The position numbers were made by a program, and so were the translations under genes. Of a stretch of DNA of 56,369 bases, positions 1-8,438 are shown piece after piece. The notes below the pieces were generated by a model. It searched no databases. It was not told where the DNA came from and saw only the letters and a list, made by a program, of their open reading frames with translations. Positions within the stretch are counted from its first letter, which is position 1; every line of letters begins with the position of its first letter. This stretch comes from Methanomassiliicoccales archaeon. Its GTDB lineage: Archaea > Thermoplasmatota > Thermoplasmata > Methanomassiliicoccales > UBA472. The DNA lies in the NCBI GenBank assembly GCA_028682915.1, contig JAJRAN010000135.1, positions 1 to 56,369 on the forward strand. Direction: 5' to 3'.

Positions 1-87
1 ATCGATGAGTACTGGTGCACCGAGAGAAATCTGAAGCGCCCTGGCACCAATGATGCGAGCCTTCTCGAACCTGGTGTACTTCTTCAT
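1..87 (-). CDS. rpoK: DNA-directed RNA polymerase subunit K (Rpo6), first 29 codons; CDS runs off the left window edge
   Basis: Not in the ORF track because it is truncated. The reverse complement of 1..87 translates to [29 protein letters not shown], the conserved [17 protein letters not shown] core of archaeal RpoK/Rpb6. GGTGAT lies at 91..96, 3 nt upstream of the ATG (85..87). Confidence 0.75.
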   Translation of the reverse strand, partial: MKKYTRFEKARIIGARALQISLGAPVLID

Positions 88-211
88 ACAATCACCAATA
101 AAGGGGTAAAGCCCCTAATTAACGGGTCCCTTATAAGCTTTTTGTAGTGATGGCAAGGCTTCCTCCCGCCTCCCAGCATCCCGCCAGCATAATGCCGTGA
201 GGCACCGTCGC

Positions 212-703
212 TCATCTTCCCTGCAGCCTTTTCCTCGTATATGGGACCAGGCCTCCCTCGTCCAAGATGCGGATTAGGAAGTCGGGCAGTGGGGAGAACG
301 ACAGCCTCTCTCCGCTTGGCAACTGGATCCAGCCGCCATGAAGGTCGATCCCTATCTCCTCTCCAGGCGTTATCCTTGAGGCGGCGTTCGCACAGGTTAT
401 GACCGGCAGGCCGACGTTGATGGCATTGCGGTAGAAGATCCTGGCGAAGCTCCCGGCCACCACGGCCGAGACCCCGGCGTGCTTGAGGGCCAGGGGCGCC
501 TGCTCCCTGCTGGAGCCGCAGCCGAAGTTGCGTCCTGCCACCACGATGTCGCCCTTCGCCACCTTCCTGGGGAACTCCGGGTCGGCGTCCTCCATGACGT
601 GGGCGGCGAGGTTCTTGGAGCTGTAATCGTCCAGGTAACGGCCGGGAATGATCAGGTCGGTGTTGATGTGGTCCCCGAACACCCATGCCCTTCCCTTGAT
701 CAT
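212..703 (-). CDS. leuD: Aconitase-family dehydratase small subunit (3-isopropylmalate / homoaconitate dehydratase, LeuD/HacB type)
   Basis: 163 aa. MIKGRAWVFGDHINTDLIIPGRYL and GRNFGCGSSREQAP blocks are typical of the LeuD/HacB swivel domain. ATGA overlap (700..703) with the large-subunit gene. LeuD versus HacB cannot be resolved by eye. Confidence 0.85.
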   Translation of the reverse strand: MIKGRAWVFGDHINTDLIIPGRYLDDYSSKNLAAHVMEDADPEFPRKVAKGDIVVAGRNFGCGSSREQAPLALKHAGVSAVVAGSFARIFYRNAINVGLPVITCANAASRITPGEEIGIDLHGGWIQLPSGERLSFSPLPDFLIRILDEGGLVPYTRKRLQGR

Positions 704-1962
704 CGGTTCACCTCCCTGGGATCGGCTATCTCACCTTTCAAAGCGCTCGCGGCCACGGTGGCCGGCGAGGCGAGGTACACCTCAGCCTCCGGGGAACCCA
801 TCCTACCCTTGAAATTGCGGTTGGTGGTGGAGATGCATCTCTCCCCTGGTGCCAGCAACCCCTCGTGTGCCCCGAGGCAAGGACCGCACCCTGGGTTCAG
901 GATGACGGCCCCAGACCTAGCGAGGGAGGACAGGATGCCTCTCTCGGAGGCCTCGATGTAGATGTCTCTTGACGCTGGCGCGACGATCAGCCTGACCTGC
1001 TGGGATGCCTGCCTGCCCCGAAGCACCCGCTCCGCCTCGATGAGGTCCTCCAACCTGCCGTTGGTGCAGGAGCCGATGAAGGCCTGGTCGATAGGTATGC
1101 CGGCCGCCTCCTCCACAGCGACGACGTTATCCACTGAGTGGGGCTTGGCCACCTGCGGGCCGAGGCGGGACATGTCGAACTCCAGCATCTGGCGGACGGT
1201 GGCTCCTGGATCTGAAGCTATCTTGCGGTTCACCGCCTTGCCTCTCGCCAACAGGAACTCATCCGTCTTCGCATCGGGGAAGCAGACCCCTGCCTTGGCC
1301 CCCATCTCCACGCTCATATTGGAGAGGACCATGCGCCCGGCGATGGAGAGCGCGTCGACCACCTGCCCCACGAACTCCACGCATTGATAATCGGCGCCAT
1401 CGGCCCCTAGGTCACCGATGACCCTGAGGATGGCATCCTTGGCCGTTGTGCCCAAGGGCAGAGAGCCGCTCAACGATAGCCTTAACGTATCAGGCACCTT
1501 GAGCCAGAGCTCGCCGGTGGCCCATACCGAAGCCATCTCGGTGGCGCCTATGCCGGTCGAGAACGCCCCCAGAGCGCCATAGGTCGTGGTGTGCGAGTCG
1601 GTCCCAACTATGAGCATCCCGGGTAAAACGTGTCCCTTCTCCGGTAGCACCTGATGGCAAACGCCGGCTCGGAGATCATAGAAATTCGATATGCTGGAGG
1701 CTTTCGCGAACTCCCGCACCGCCTTGTGGCCCTCCGCTGCCTTCACGGTGTTGGCTGGCACTCGGTGGTCGAAGAGCATGACGACCTTGCTCCGGTCCCA
1801 GATCTCCTTTCCTCCCATCTCCTGGAAGGCCTTCAGCACCAAGGCCGAATTCTCGTGCGACATGGCCAGGTCGATCCTGGCGGTGACTATGTCCCCCGTC
1901 GACGCCTCCTTCCCGCTAGCATGGGAAAGGACCTTTTCAGCGAAGGTCTTGGCAGCCATCAA
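700..1962 (-). CDS. leuC: Aconitase-family dehydratase large subunit (LeuC/HacA type)
   Basis: 420 aa. Fe-S ligand and substrate motifs VGTDSHT, IGSCTNGRLEDL and NPGCGPCLG. Translationally coupled to the small subunit. Confidence 0.85.
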   Translation of the reverse strand: MMAAKTFAEKVLSHASGKEASTGDIVTARIDLAMSHENSALVLKAFQEMGGKEIWDRSKVVMLFDHRVPANTVKAAEGHKAVREFAKASSISNFYDLRAGVCHQVLPEKGHVLPGMLIVGTDSHTTTYGALGAFSTGIGATEMASVWATGELWLKVPDTLRLSLSGSLPLGTTAKDAILRVIGDLGADGADYQCVEFVGQVVDALSIAGRMVLSNMSVEMGAKAGVCFPDAKTDEFLLARGKAVNRKIASDPGATVRQMLEFDMSRLGPQVAKPHSVDNVVAVEEAAGIPIDQAFIGSCTNGRLEDLIEAERVLRGRQASQQVRLIVAPASRDIYIEASERGILSSLARSGAVILNPGCGPCLGAHEGLLAPGERCISTTNRNFKGRMGSPEAEVYLASPATVAASALKGEIADPREVNR

Positions 1963-2023
1963 GGTGAGCGAACAAGGGTGCTGATTAATAACGGTGTTGG
2001 TCGTAGGCGTGACAGTGCTGGCA

Positions 2024-2428
2024 CTATCGTTTGTCCCGGAGCATGCCGCTGAGGCGTTGGAACAGGATCTTCCAGGTCAAGTAGCCAATCACCTTCCCGT
2101 CCTTGTCCACCACCGGAAGGTGCCTGATGTTCTTACTGGCCATAAGGTCCAATGCCGCTTCCAGCGTGGTCGAAGGGGGCACGGTGATGACCGGGCTGGT
2201 CATCACTCTTTCCACCGTCAGATAGAGGAACCTCGACTGGGCCTCGAGATAATGGCGCAGGAGGTCCCGCTCCGTGAATATCCCCACCAACCTTCCCGAC
2301 CTATCGACAACCAGGACGCTGCCGACCTCCCTCTCCACCATGAGCTCGATGGCACTGATCACCGCGTCCTGAGGATCCACCATTTCCTTCTTGGAGGTCA
2401 TCAGATCGCGTACGGTTTGACCGCTCAT
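2024..2428 (-). CDS. CBS domain pair protein
   Basis: 134 aa with two CBS-like repeats: MVDPQDAVISAIELMVEREVGSVLVVD and VMTSPVITVPPSTTLEAALDLMASKNIRHLPVVD. Confidence 0.8.
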   Translation of the reverse strand: MSGQTVRDLMTSKKEMVDPQDAVISAIELMVEREVGSVLVVDRSGRLVGIFTERDLLRHYLEAQSRFLYLTVERVMTSPVITVPPSTTLEAALDLMASKNIRHLPVVDKDGKVIGYLTWKILFQRLSGMLRDKR

Positions 2429-2467
2429 GTCGCAGTATGTTTGGAAGCTCGACCCATATAATGATGT

Positions 2468-3832
2468 TTAGGACCACCTCTCGATGTAGGATTCGACGTC
2501 GAACTTCGACTTGGCGCCCCCGTAGCTCATGAAGCGGACCTTGCCGAACACCTTGCGGGAAGGCCAGGCCCGGTCGTGCACCCCTCCGATCGACCATGCT
2601 ATTCCCGTATACCCGTTGGGGTCCCGTCCATCGAGCTCGTAGCGGTCGTTGAGCATGATGGCCGTGCGCATCGCTTCCTCCGGGGTCTCGGACCACTCGA
2701 GTATCTTCTTGGCCCAGTACATGCGCATGTATCCATGCATCTTGCCTCGACTGACCATCTCCCTCTGGGCGGCATTCCATAATCGGTCGTGCGTCCTGGC
2801 CTCCTCGAATTCCCGCGCCGTATAGATATAATCGCGCTCATCGTAGCGATGCTGGTCCAAAGTGACCTTCGACCATTCCGGGAACCCCGAAACGGAATCG
2901 TAATCAGGGACATGGAGGCAGAAGTTGTCGGAGAGCTCCCTGCGCACTACCAATTCCTCAAGGAATGCCTTCTTCGAAGTTTCTGGTGCCTCGGACCTGG
3001 TGACCTCCCAGGCGACCCGCAACGCAGATATTTGGCCGAAGTGAAGGTAGGGCGAGAGGTCGGATTGGCCTTCCCGGGTCGGGTCGTTGCGTCGCTCTGG
3101 GTAGCCTGATAGGCCGTGGGTCAGGAACGCCTTGAGCCTCTTCTTCGCCGCCTTCCCTCCTGGTTCTATCCAGGTTATCAGGTCTCCAAGATCCTCGGCT
3201 TGAACGGAGGATCTGGCCTTCTTCCAATCGACAGGCTGGGCTTCTTTCCAAGTGGCCTTTGGCATTTTGATCGGTGGCGGTCGACGGAGGTAGGAGGGGA
3301 ACAGGGCGTTGATCTTCCTCCGCAGGGTCGCCGCCCCCCATTCCCTTTTATTAGAGGCGAACCGGCAGGGCACGATGTTGTGCGCGTCCACCTCATAGAC
3401 TGTGACATCGATCTCCCGAATTGCTCTTTCCTTCCAGGCCTGCTTCGCCCGCAGCGGGTCGAAATCGGTCACCAGGGCCGCCGGGTTCACCTCACTGATC
3501 AGATCTGGGACGGTCTTCTCTGGCTCCCCGACAAGGAGGCGAAATCCCATTCCCTTCCCGGTCAGCTCCCGCTCCACCTCTGTCAGCCCATCGAGCATGA
3601 AGTCATAGTGCCGCCTTGCCGCCCCGATGAACTTCGGGGCCAGGGCGAAGAAGACGAGCACGGGCAGCCCGAGCCGGTCGGCGATTTCCGAGGCGAAGGT
3701 CAGGGCTTGGTTGTCTTCGCAGCGTTGCTCTCGGCTCATCCAGTAGCAGACGCACTCACCTTCATCACCTCCTTTGCGCAGCACCAGCGCCCTGTTCGCC
3801 AAGTCGATTGCGCTCATCGTCATCGGATGCAT
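2468..3832 (-). CDS. phr: Deoxyribodipyrimidine (CPD) photolyase, class II
   Basis: 454 aa. The C-terminal FAD-binding block WNAAQREMVSRGKMHGYMRMYWAKKILEW...NDRYELDGRDPNGYTGIAWSIGGVHDRAW is characteristic of class II photolyases. The start could be one of the three Met codons in the first 6 residues. Confidence 0.85.
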   Translation of the reverse strand: MHPMTMSAIDLANRALVLRKGGDEGECVCYWMSREQRCEDNQALTFASEIADRLGLPVLVFFALAPKFIGAARRHYDFMLDGLTEVERELTGKGMGFRLLVGEPEKTVPDLISEVNPAALVTDFDPLRAKQAWKERAIREIDVTVYEVDAHNIVPCRFASNKREWGAATLRRKINALFPSYLRRPPPIKMPKATWKEAQPVDWKKARSSVQAEDLGDLITWIEPGGKAAKKRLKAFLTHGLSGYPERRNDPTREGQSDLSPYLHFGQISALRVAWEVTRSEAPETSKKAFLEELVVRRELSDNFCLHVPDYDSVSGFPEWSKVTLDQHRYDERDYIYTAREFEEARTHDRLWNAAQREMVSRGKMHGYMRMYWAKKILEWSETPEEAMRTAIMLNDRYELDGRDPNGYTGIAWSIGGVHDRAWPSRKVFGKVRFMSYGGAKSKFDVESYIERWS

Positions 3833-3862
3833 GATAAAGGAACTAAATGCTTCCGCTCATTC

Positions 3863-4615
3863 TCACAAGGGAACGGACCACCTGACTTCACTCCTCAGCG
3901 CAAGAAGCCTAGAATCCAGCATCAAGGCAATAGCGGACAGAGGTAGAGAGAATAGGACGATCAGAGGCTCATCGAGCGTAAACCCGACCATTATCACAAA
4001 CATAGCCGCCCCCAAGGAAAAGGGAAGGAGCAGGTGAGCGTGCCTCCTCTCGCTGCGCTCGAGCTCCATGACCCTCCTTCTATCTGGCTTCGGGTCAGAG
4101 AGCACGGCGAAGGCCATGGCCGAGGAGAGCATGCACGCTTGGTGCATTGCCGAGCTGGTCCTTCTCTTGGGGGAGAGGGACCGAAGGCAGAGTTCAACGA
4201 ACAAAGGGGATGCGACCGCTGCCATTTCGCCCAACTGGATCGCTTCGAGTGATGCGGTCTCGCGCCCGATCTCCCCCTCCCGCTGATCGTGGAACCAGCC
4301 AAATGGGCCGACCGCGAGGCTCCGGTCCTGGATATAATGAAGGGCGCGGCCCAAGCACCACATGGCGTCCGCCTCCCGGCCTTCAAGGTGGGCGACCCTC
4401 GCCTTCCAGAGCATGCCCTTGATGAATCGTCTGGTCGCTCGGTGATGCCTCATCCGGCGACGATGGAGAAGGCCTCGCCCGTCCCTAATCATTACCTTGT
4501 CGCCCTCTCGGTCGGGCTGGATCGAGCCCTGTCGCAGTGCGTTCCTGAGCTCGTTTGGAAGGCCCAGCTGGTCGCTCAAGGCGCTAGCGATCTCCAGATG
4601 GCTCTTCCACTTCAT
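3863..4615 (-). CDS. Hypothetical protein with C-terminal transmembrane segments; possible zinc-dependent phospholipase C / P1-nuclease-like metal site
   Basis: 250 aa. N-terminal MKWKSHLEIA, then QPD, RHH, LHYIQD (HxxxD) and WFHDQRE resemble the W/H/D/H ligand order of zinc-dependent PLC-like hydrolases. Two hydrophobic helices sit at the C-terminus. This is a weak assignment by eye only. Confidence 0.4.
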   Translation of the reverse strand: MKWKSHLEIASALSDQLGLPNELRNALRQGSIQPDREGDKVMIRDGRGLLHRRRMRHHRATRRFIKGMLWKARVAHLEGREADAMWCLGRALHYIQDRSLAVGPFGWFHDQREGEIGRETASLEAIQLGEMAAVASPLFVELCLRSLSPKRRTSSAMHQACMLSSAMAFAVLSDPKPDRRRVMELERSERRHAHLLLPFSLGAAMFVIMVGFTLDEPLIVLFSLPLSAIALMLDSRLLALRSEVRWSVPL

Positions 4616-4667
4616 CCCGTCCCCTGGAAGTGTATATGATGAAATATATAAAAATAATATGTTGCAC

Positions 4668-5306
4668 CTAATCCGTTGCCTCGTCCCGGGTCGGTGCCTT
4701 GCTGCCGTCTGAGGGCGAGGCCTTCTGCTTGGGAGCCCTCAGCCGCCGCCAGCCGATATAAATCATGATGGCTGAGACGCTCAAGAGGACGACGCCGAGT
4801 ATTATCAGCTCGGGGCTGGCCCAATTCTCGCCGAAGAGCCTGTTCGCCCCTTCGGAGGGGTCTCCGCTGCTCATCTCCGACCCTCCGGACATGTATGTGG
4901 AGGCAGGAAGCCCGATGAGGATGGCGGCGATGGCGCCCACGACCATCAATAGCGTGAGGGAGAAGACTATTACGATCTTGGTGTTCTCTCCGGGCGAGAC
5001 GACGTCCCGGGCCTTCCAGGATAGCCCATAGTAGACGAAGCCGTGGTCCTCGAACCGGGTCACCAGCTCCCCCTCCTCGAGCTTCTTCAGGTGCCTGTGC
5101 ACCGCGGCCTTGTCTATCCCCAATTGGTCCGCGAGCTGCGCCACCGTCCTGCGCTGGGGATGCAAAGCCTTCAGTATCTCCATGCGGCTGTCCGAGGCCA
5201 GGGCGAAAAGGGCCTTCTTATCCAGCTCGACCTTCATCTTGCTTTCCCTGTCGTATGGATAGGAGGACGGGGTGCTTAACCCCTTGTCCGCCTCTGCTCC
5301 AATCAT
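4668..5306 (-). CDS. ArsR-type winged-helix transcription regulator fused to transmembrane helices
   Basis: 212 aa. wHTH block SDSRMEILKALHPQRRTVAQLADQLGIDKAAVHRHLKKLEEGELV, followed by two hydrophobic helices (IVIVFSLTLLMVVGAIAAILIGL and LIILGVVLLSVSAIMIYIGW). ATGA overlap (5303..5306) with the upstream beta-propeller gene. An alternative start is MKVELDKK at 5237. Confidence 0.65.
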   Translation of the reverse strand: MIGAEADKGLSTPSSYPYDRESKMKVELDKKALFALASDSRMEILKALHPQRRTVAQLADQLGIDKAAVHRHLKKLEEGELVTRFEDHGFVYYGLSWKARDVVSPGENTKIVIVFSLTLLMVVGAIAAILIGLPASTYMSGGSEMSSGDPSEGANRLFGENWASPELIILGVVLLSVSAIMIYIGWRRLRAPKQKASPSDGSKAPTRDEATD

Positions 5307-7183
5307 CTCACTGCTCCGATCGCCGCCACCTCGCCCTCGGCCATTAGCATCGGAAGGTAGCCATAGTCACGTTCCTTGTAGACCAGCCTTCCATGCTCGC
5401 TTAGATCGAGGAGCGAGTTGACATAGACGGTGGTATCGGAGATGGTGTAGAGCCAGTCTCCGATGAACTGGGCGCGCATCACGTACTCGCCAGGCCCAGG
5501 CTGGACCTTCCCCTTGAGCTCGATCGCCGTATCAGTGATGGTGAAGACATAAGCCCCCGAGGTGCAGTTATAGGTGCTTTGGTCCCACGAAGAGACGGGG
5601 ATGATCAGGCTCCCAGTTACCGGATCGTAGGTGACGGCCTTGTGGTCCCAAAGTGCCTCAGAGTACGACCAGCCAGGGATGACCAGGTTGTCAAGCTCGG
5701 TCGGGAGAGATGGGTCGGAGACGTCGAAGAGCGAGACCTTCAGCGAGCTGTTCTCCATGCCTATGCCGACCAATAGACCGTCCGCGATGGGGTGCAGGTA
5801 GGAGGAATAGCCAGGCACCTTCAGTTCTCCTTGCACCTTAGGTGCGGAGGGGTCGCTGAGGTCGATCACGAACAGGGGGTCGACCTGCCTGAAGGTGACC
5901 AGGTATAGCGTGTCACCGGAGAAGCGGCAGGAGAAGATGCGCTCACCTGGAGCCAGGTCCTCGAGCGCCCCTATGATGGCCAGGCCCTCGTCGAGGACGT
6001 AGACCGCGTTGCGCTGGTTGTCCCAGCTGAAGGTAGTGGCCACCCGGAGAAGGCCATTGTCCTCGTCCATGGAGAACTGGTTGATCAGATAGCCGGGGAC
6101 CACCCCGCGCGATCTCGCCTCCACGTGCAACCCGTCCAAGCCTATCTTGTAAATGGTGGTCGTGGTGGTGTCTGAGCTGACCGCGACCGCATCCAACGTA
6201 TTCGTCCCCCGTGAGTCATTGAAGACCGTATCAGCAGCGCCACCGTTCCATTGCTGGAAGGTCAGGTACATCGCCTCTGAGGAGACGTAGATGTTGGATG
6301 CGTACCCGGTAAGGATGGAGGTCAGGTTGCTCTCCATGCTCGCCACGTCCAAGGCCATGATGTTGAGGAAGGATGCGGGGTCCTTGCAGCCTGGATCATA
6401 ATGGACATCGGTGACGGGAATGGCATCGGACTCGTTACCCTGCCATTCCTTGGGAAGGGAGACCACAGAATCATATGTCCAGAGGAAATGCTGAGTGACC
6501 AGGTACACGACGCCGTCGCTCATTCGGCTGGTTACGCCATAACCGGAGGTCCCGACGGTCCCGACCAACGAGGCTCCCCCGTTTCCGTCCAAGGAAAAGA
6601 CGGCTATGACAGTCCTCTCTTCTGGCATCCGCCAAATGGCTGGGGCATAGATTCCATAGGCATCATCGCCGGTAGAATTGTAAGGAAGGTAAGGTCCGCT
6701 TACCGAGACCACAGCCACCATCCTGCCATCATCGAGGTATATGCCCTGTATCCATGCCGAATAACCCTCCCCTAGGCCTAGAACCTCGATAATATCGATG
6801 ACCGTAGCGTTGGCCAACTCGTCAGCGGGATAGGCTTTGACGATGGAGATGCTAGCGCCTGAAGCGATGTAGAGGAACGCCCCGTCCGTCTTCACGCTGT
6901 CGGCCTCGTCCACTCCTTCGACCTGGATGTTGGTGGTCGAGTGGCGAACTGAATCCGCCCCGGCGGCATTTCCGCTCATCGCCTCTGTGAAATAGTCCTG
7001 CCAGATATCGTTCCCTTGGGACTGGTGCACGAAATCCTGAAGCTGAGCGTTGGTCCTGAAGGTAGGCAGGAGGCCGGTGGTATCCTGGTCCTGCAGATCA
7101 GAGAGGACGATGAACCCCCCGGAAAGCAACAGACCGAAGGCGATCAAGATCGCAATGATGGCTGAGTCTCGTCTTCCGTTCAT
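5303..7183 (-). CDS. Secreted/anchored beta-propeller domain protein (COG4880 / Beta_propel family-like)
   Basis: 626 aa. N-terminal signal anchor AIIAILIAFGLLLSGGFIVL. The block TNIQVEGVDEADSVKTDGAFLYIASG is typical of the secreted beta-propeller family found in archaea and Firmicutes. Confidence 0.65.
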   Translation of the reverse strand: MNGRRDSAIIAILIAFGLLLSGGFIVLSDLQDQDTTGLLPTFRTNAQLQDFVHQSQGNDIWQDYFTEAMSGNAAGADSVRHSTTNIQVEGVDEADSVKTDGAFLYIASGASISIVKAYPADELANATVIDIIEVLGLGEGYSAWIQGIYLDDGRMVAVVSVSGPYLPYNSTGDDAYGIYAPAIWRMPEERTVIAVFSLDGNGGASLVGTVGTSGYGVTSRMSDGVVYLVTQHFLWTYDSVVSLPKEWQGNESDAIPVTDVHYDPGCKDPASFLNIMALDVASMESNLTSILTGYASNIYVSSEAMYLTFQQWNGGAADTVFNDSRGTNTLDAVAVSSDTTTTTIYKIGLDGLHVEARSRGVVPGYLINQFSMDEDNGLLRVATTFSWDNQRNAVYVLDEGLAIIGALEDLAPGERIFSCRFSGDTLYLVTFRQVDPLFVIDLSDPSAPKVQGELKVPGYSSYLHPIADGLLVGIGMENSSLKVSLFDVSDPSLPTELDNLVIPGWSYSEALWDHKAVTYDPVTGSLIIPVSSWDQSTYNCTSGAYVFTITDTAIELKGKVQPGPGEYVMRAQFIGDWLYTISDTTVYVNSLLDLSEHGRLVYKERDYGYLPMLMAEGEVAAIGAVR

Positions 7184-7230
7184 GCCTTATCGGGCTTAGA
7201 TTCGGTAAGGAGGTATACTTACCCCCTCCT

Positions 7231-7254
7231 GCCGTTGACTTTTCCGTCAACGGC
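7231..7254. promoter_or_regulatory. Perfect 9-bp inverted repeat GCCGTTGAC-N6-GTCAACGGC in a divergent promoter region
   Basis: Read directly at 7231..7239 and 7246..7254. It lies between the start of the propeller/ArsR-TM operon (7183, minus strand) and the small membrane protein gene (7263, plus strand). No terminator is needed here, so it is an operator candidate. Confidence 0.35.
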
Positions 7255-7262
7255 CTCCCAAA

Positions 7263-7670
7263 ATGCTAATGAAGGTGAGCCACGCATCATTGAATCGAAA
7301 GCGCATGTCCGAGGAAGGGAGTGGCGGCAGCCGCATGGGGTTGGCCTTTGGCTATCTGATAATTTGCGCGGCCATAGCGATATTGGTGTCCTGGTACCTT
7401 GACGTGTGGTGGTATTTCTTCCCCATCATGATGATCGCGGGTGGGGCCTATCTTCTCGCGATAGGCTTCCTGGCTTCAAGGGCGTCTGCTTCCAAGGGAG
7501 GGCCTTTGTTCATCTACCTCATCCTTTGGGGAGGCGCCCTGCTCATCCTGGGCCTGGAATGGATCCTGAACGACCTCTATCCCGGAAACCTGATCTTCCT
7601 GGTAGTGGTTTTCATGGTGTTCATCGGGGCCGTGGCGCTCCTGGGATATCTCATACGAAGGCGGAGCTGA
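7263..7670 (+). CDS. Small integral membrane protein (4 predicted helices), function unknown
   Basis: 135-aa ORF that is almost entirely hydrophobic after residue 25. The start is uncertain (7263 or MGLAF at 7335). It is divergent from the propeller/ArsR operon. Confidence 0.45.
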   Translation: MLMKVSHASLNRKRMSEEGSGGSRMGLAFGYLIICAAIAILVSWYLDVWWYFFPIMMIAGGAYLLAIGFLASRASASKGGPLFIYLILWGGALLILGLEWILNDLYPGNLIFLVVVFMVFIGAVALLGYLIRRRS

Positions 7671-7690
7671 GCGGCGCTTCCCGGGCCTTA

Positions 7691-7728
7691 GACCGTTTTT
7701 CCCAACCTCTAAATAATGGGAAACGGTC
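7691..7728 (+). promoter_or_regulatory. Long imperfect inverted repeat bracketing a TATA-like element upstream of rubrerythrin
   Basis: GACCGTTT(TT)TCCCA-acctctaaataa-TGGGAAACGGTC. The A/T-rich loop CTAAATAA lies ~40 nt upstream of ATG 7757. It could also terminate the upstream membrane-protein gene. Confidence 0.3.
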
Positions 7729-7756
7729 ATCGGGGCTTAGGAACCGGAGGATACCA

Positions 7757-8296
7757 ATGCACGCGATGACAGAGCAATTCATGCACAACGCGTTCGCCGG
7801 CGAGTCCATGGCCCACATGAGGTACATGGTCTACGCAGAGGCAGCGGAGAAGGAAGGGTTCAAGAACGTGGCCAGGCTTTTCCGCGCCGTGGCCTTCGCC
7901 GAGGAGATCCATGCCACTGGACATATGAGGCGCGCCCCGAACAAATTGGGCGCGGTGGCCGCTGAGGCCCCTTTTGGAGTGGGGAAGACGGCCGACAACT
8001 TGGCCAACGCGGTGGCGGGGGAGACCTACGAGATCGAGGAGATGTACCCGGTCTTCATGGAGACGGCGAAGTTCCAAGGCGAGAAGCTTGCCCTCACGTC
8101 CTTCGATTGGGCCTACAAGGCCGAGGTGGTGCACCAGAAGATGTACATCGAGGCCAAGGGCCTGGTGGACAAGGGGAAGGACTGGCGCGACGCCAAGGTG
8201 CATATCTGCTCCACCTGCGGCTGGACCGTGGAAGGGGATGCCCCGGACGTCTGCCCCGTGTGCGGCGCGAAGAAGGCGGGCTTCAGGCAGTTCTGA
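7757..8296 (+). CDS. rbr: Rubrerythrin
   Basis: Internal start of track ORF 7406..8296. GGAGG lies at 7746..7750, 6 nt before ATG 7757. Di-iron ferritin-like motifs GESMAHMRY, EEIH, GETYEIEEMYP and HQKMY. C-terminal rubredoxin knuckle CSTCG...CPVCG. Confidence 0.9.
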   Translation: MHAMTEQFMHNAFAGESMAHMRYMVYAEAAEKEGFKNVARLFRAVAFAEEIHATGHMRRAPNKLGAVAAEAPFGVGKTADNLANAVAGETYEIEEMYPVFMETAKFQGEKLALTSFDWAYKAEVVHQKMYIEAKGLVDKGKDWRDAKVHICSTCGWTVEGDAPDVCPVCGAKKAGFRQF

Positions 8297-8438
8297 CGTC
8301 GATGCTTCCACCCAAACGCCTTATATCGAATCCCTTACCTCTTTTCTTGCTTCATGGGCTGAGCCCTAACGCTCGACCTACGTAACAAGAATGCGAACCC
8401 TTATCCTACGATATCGAATGCTACGTTGAGCGATTAAG

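Noticed and set aside
103-117. Hairpin AGGGG-TAAAG-CCCCT followed by a T-run on the minus strand, between leuD and rpoK
   Set aside because: It could be a leuCD terminator or an rpoK 5'-UTR element. It is too short and ambiguous (5-bp stem) to call without transcript-end data.
84-686. 200-aa minus-strand ORF overlapping leuD in another frame
   Set aside because: The leuD frame has diagnostic motifs and ATGA coupling to leuC. This frame is R/G/P-rich and would run through the rpoK promoter region.
7406-7756. 117-codon N-terminal extension of rubrerythrin in the ORF track
   Set aside because: The extension overlaps the preceding membrane-protein gene in another frame. Rubrerythrin homology begins at MHAMTEQF, and GGAGG precedes ATG 7757. 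Similar track extensions were trimmed for the second ABC-2 permease, TraB, pcm, gatE, pyrF, HemK-like and radical SAM genes.
8326-8425. 9-nt direct repeat ATATCGAAT occurring twice (about 8329 and 8411) upstream of arsA
   Set aside because: A single short direct repeat in an A/T-richer intergenic region could be chance. No dyad symmetry or known operator resemblance supports it.
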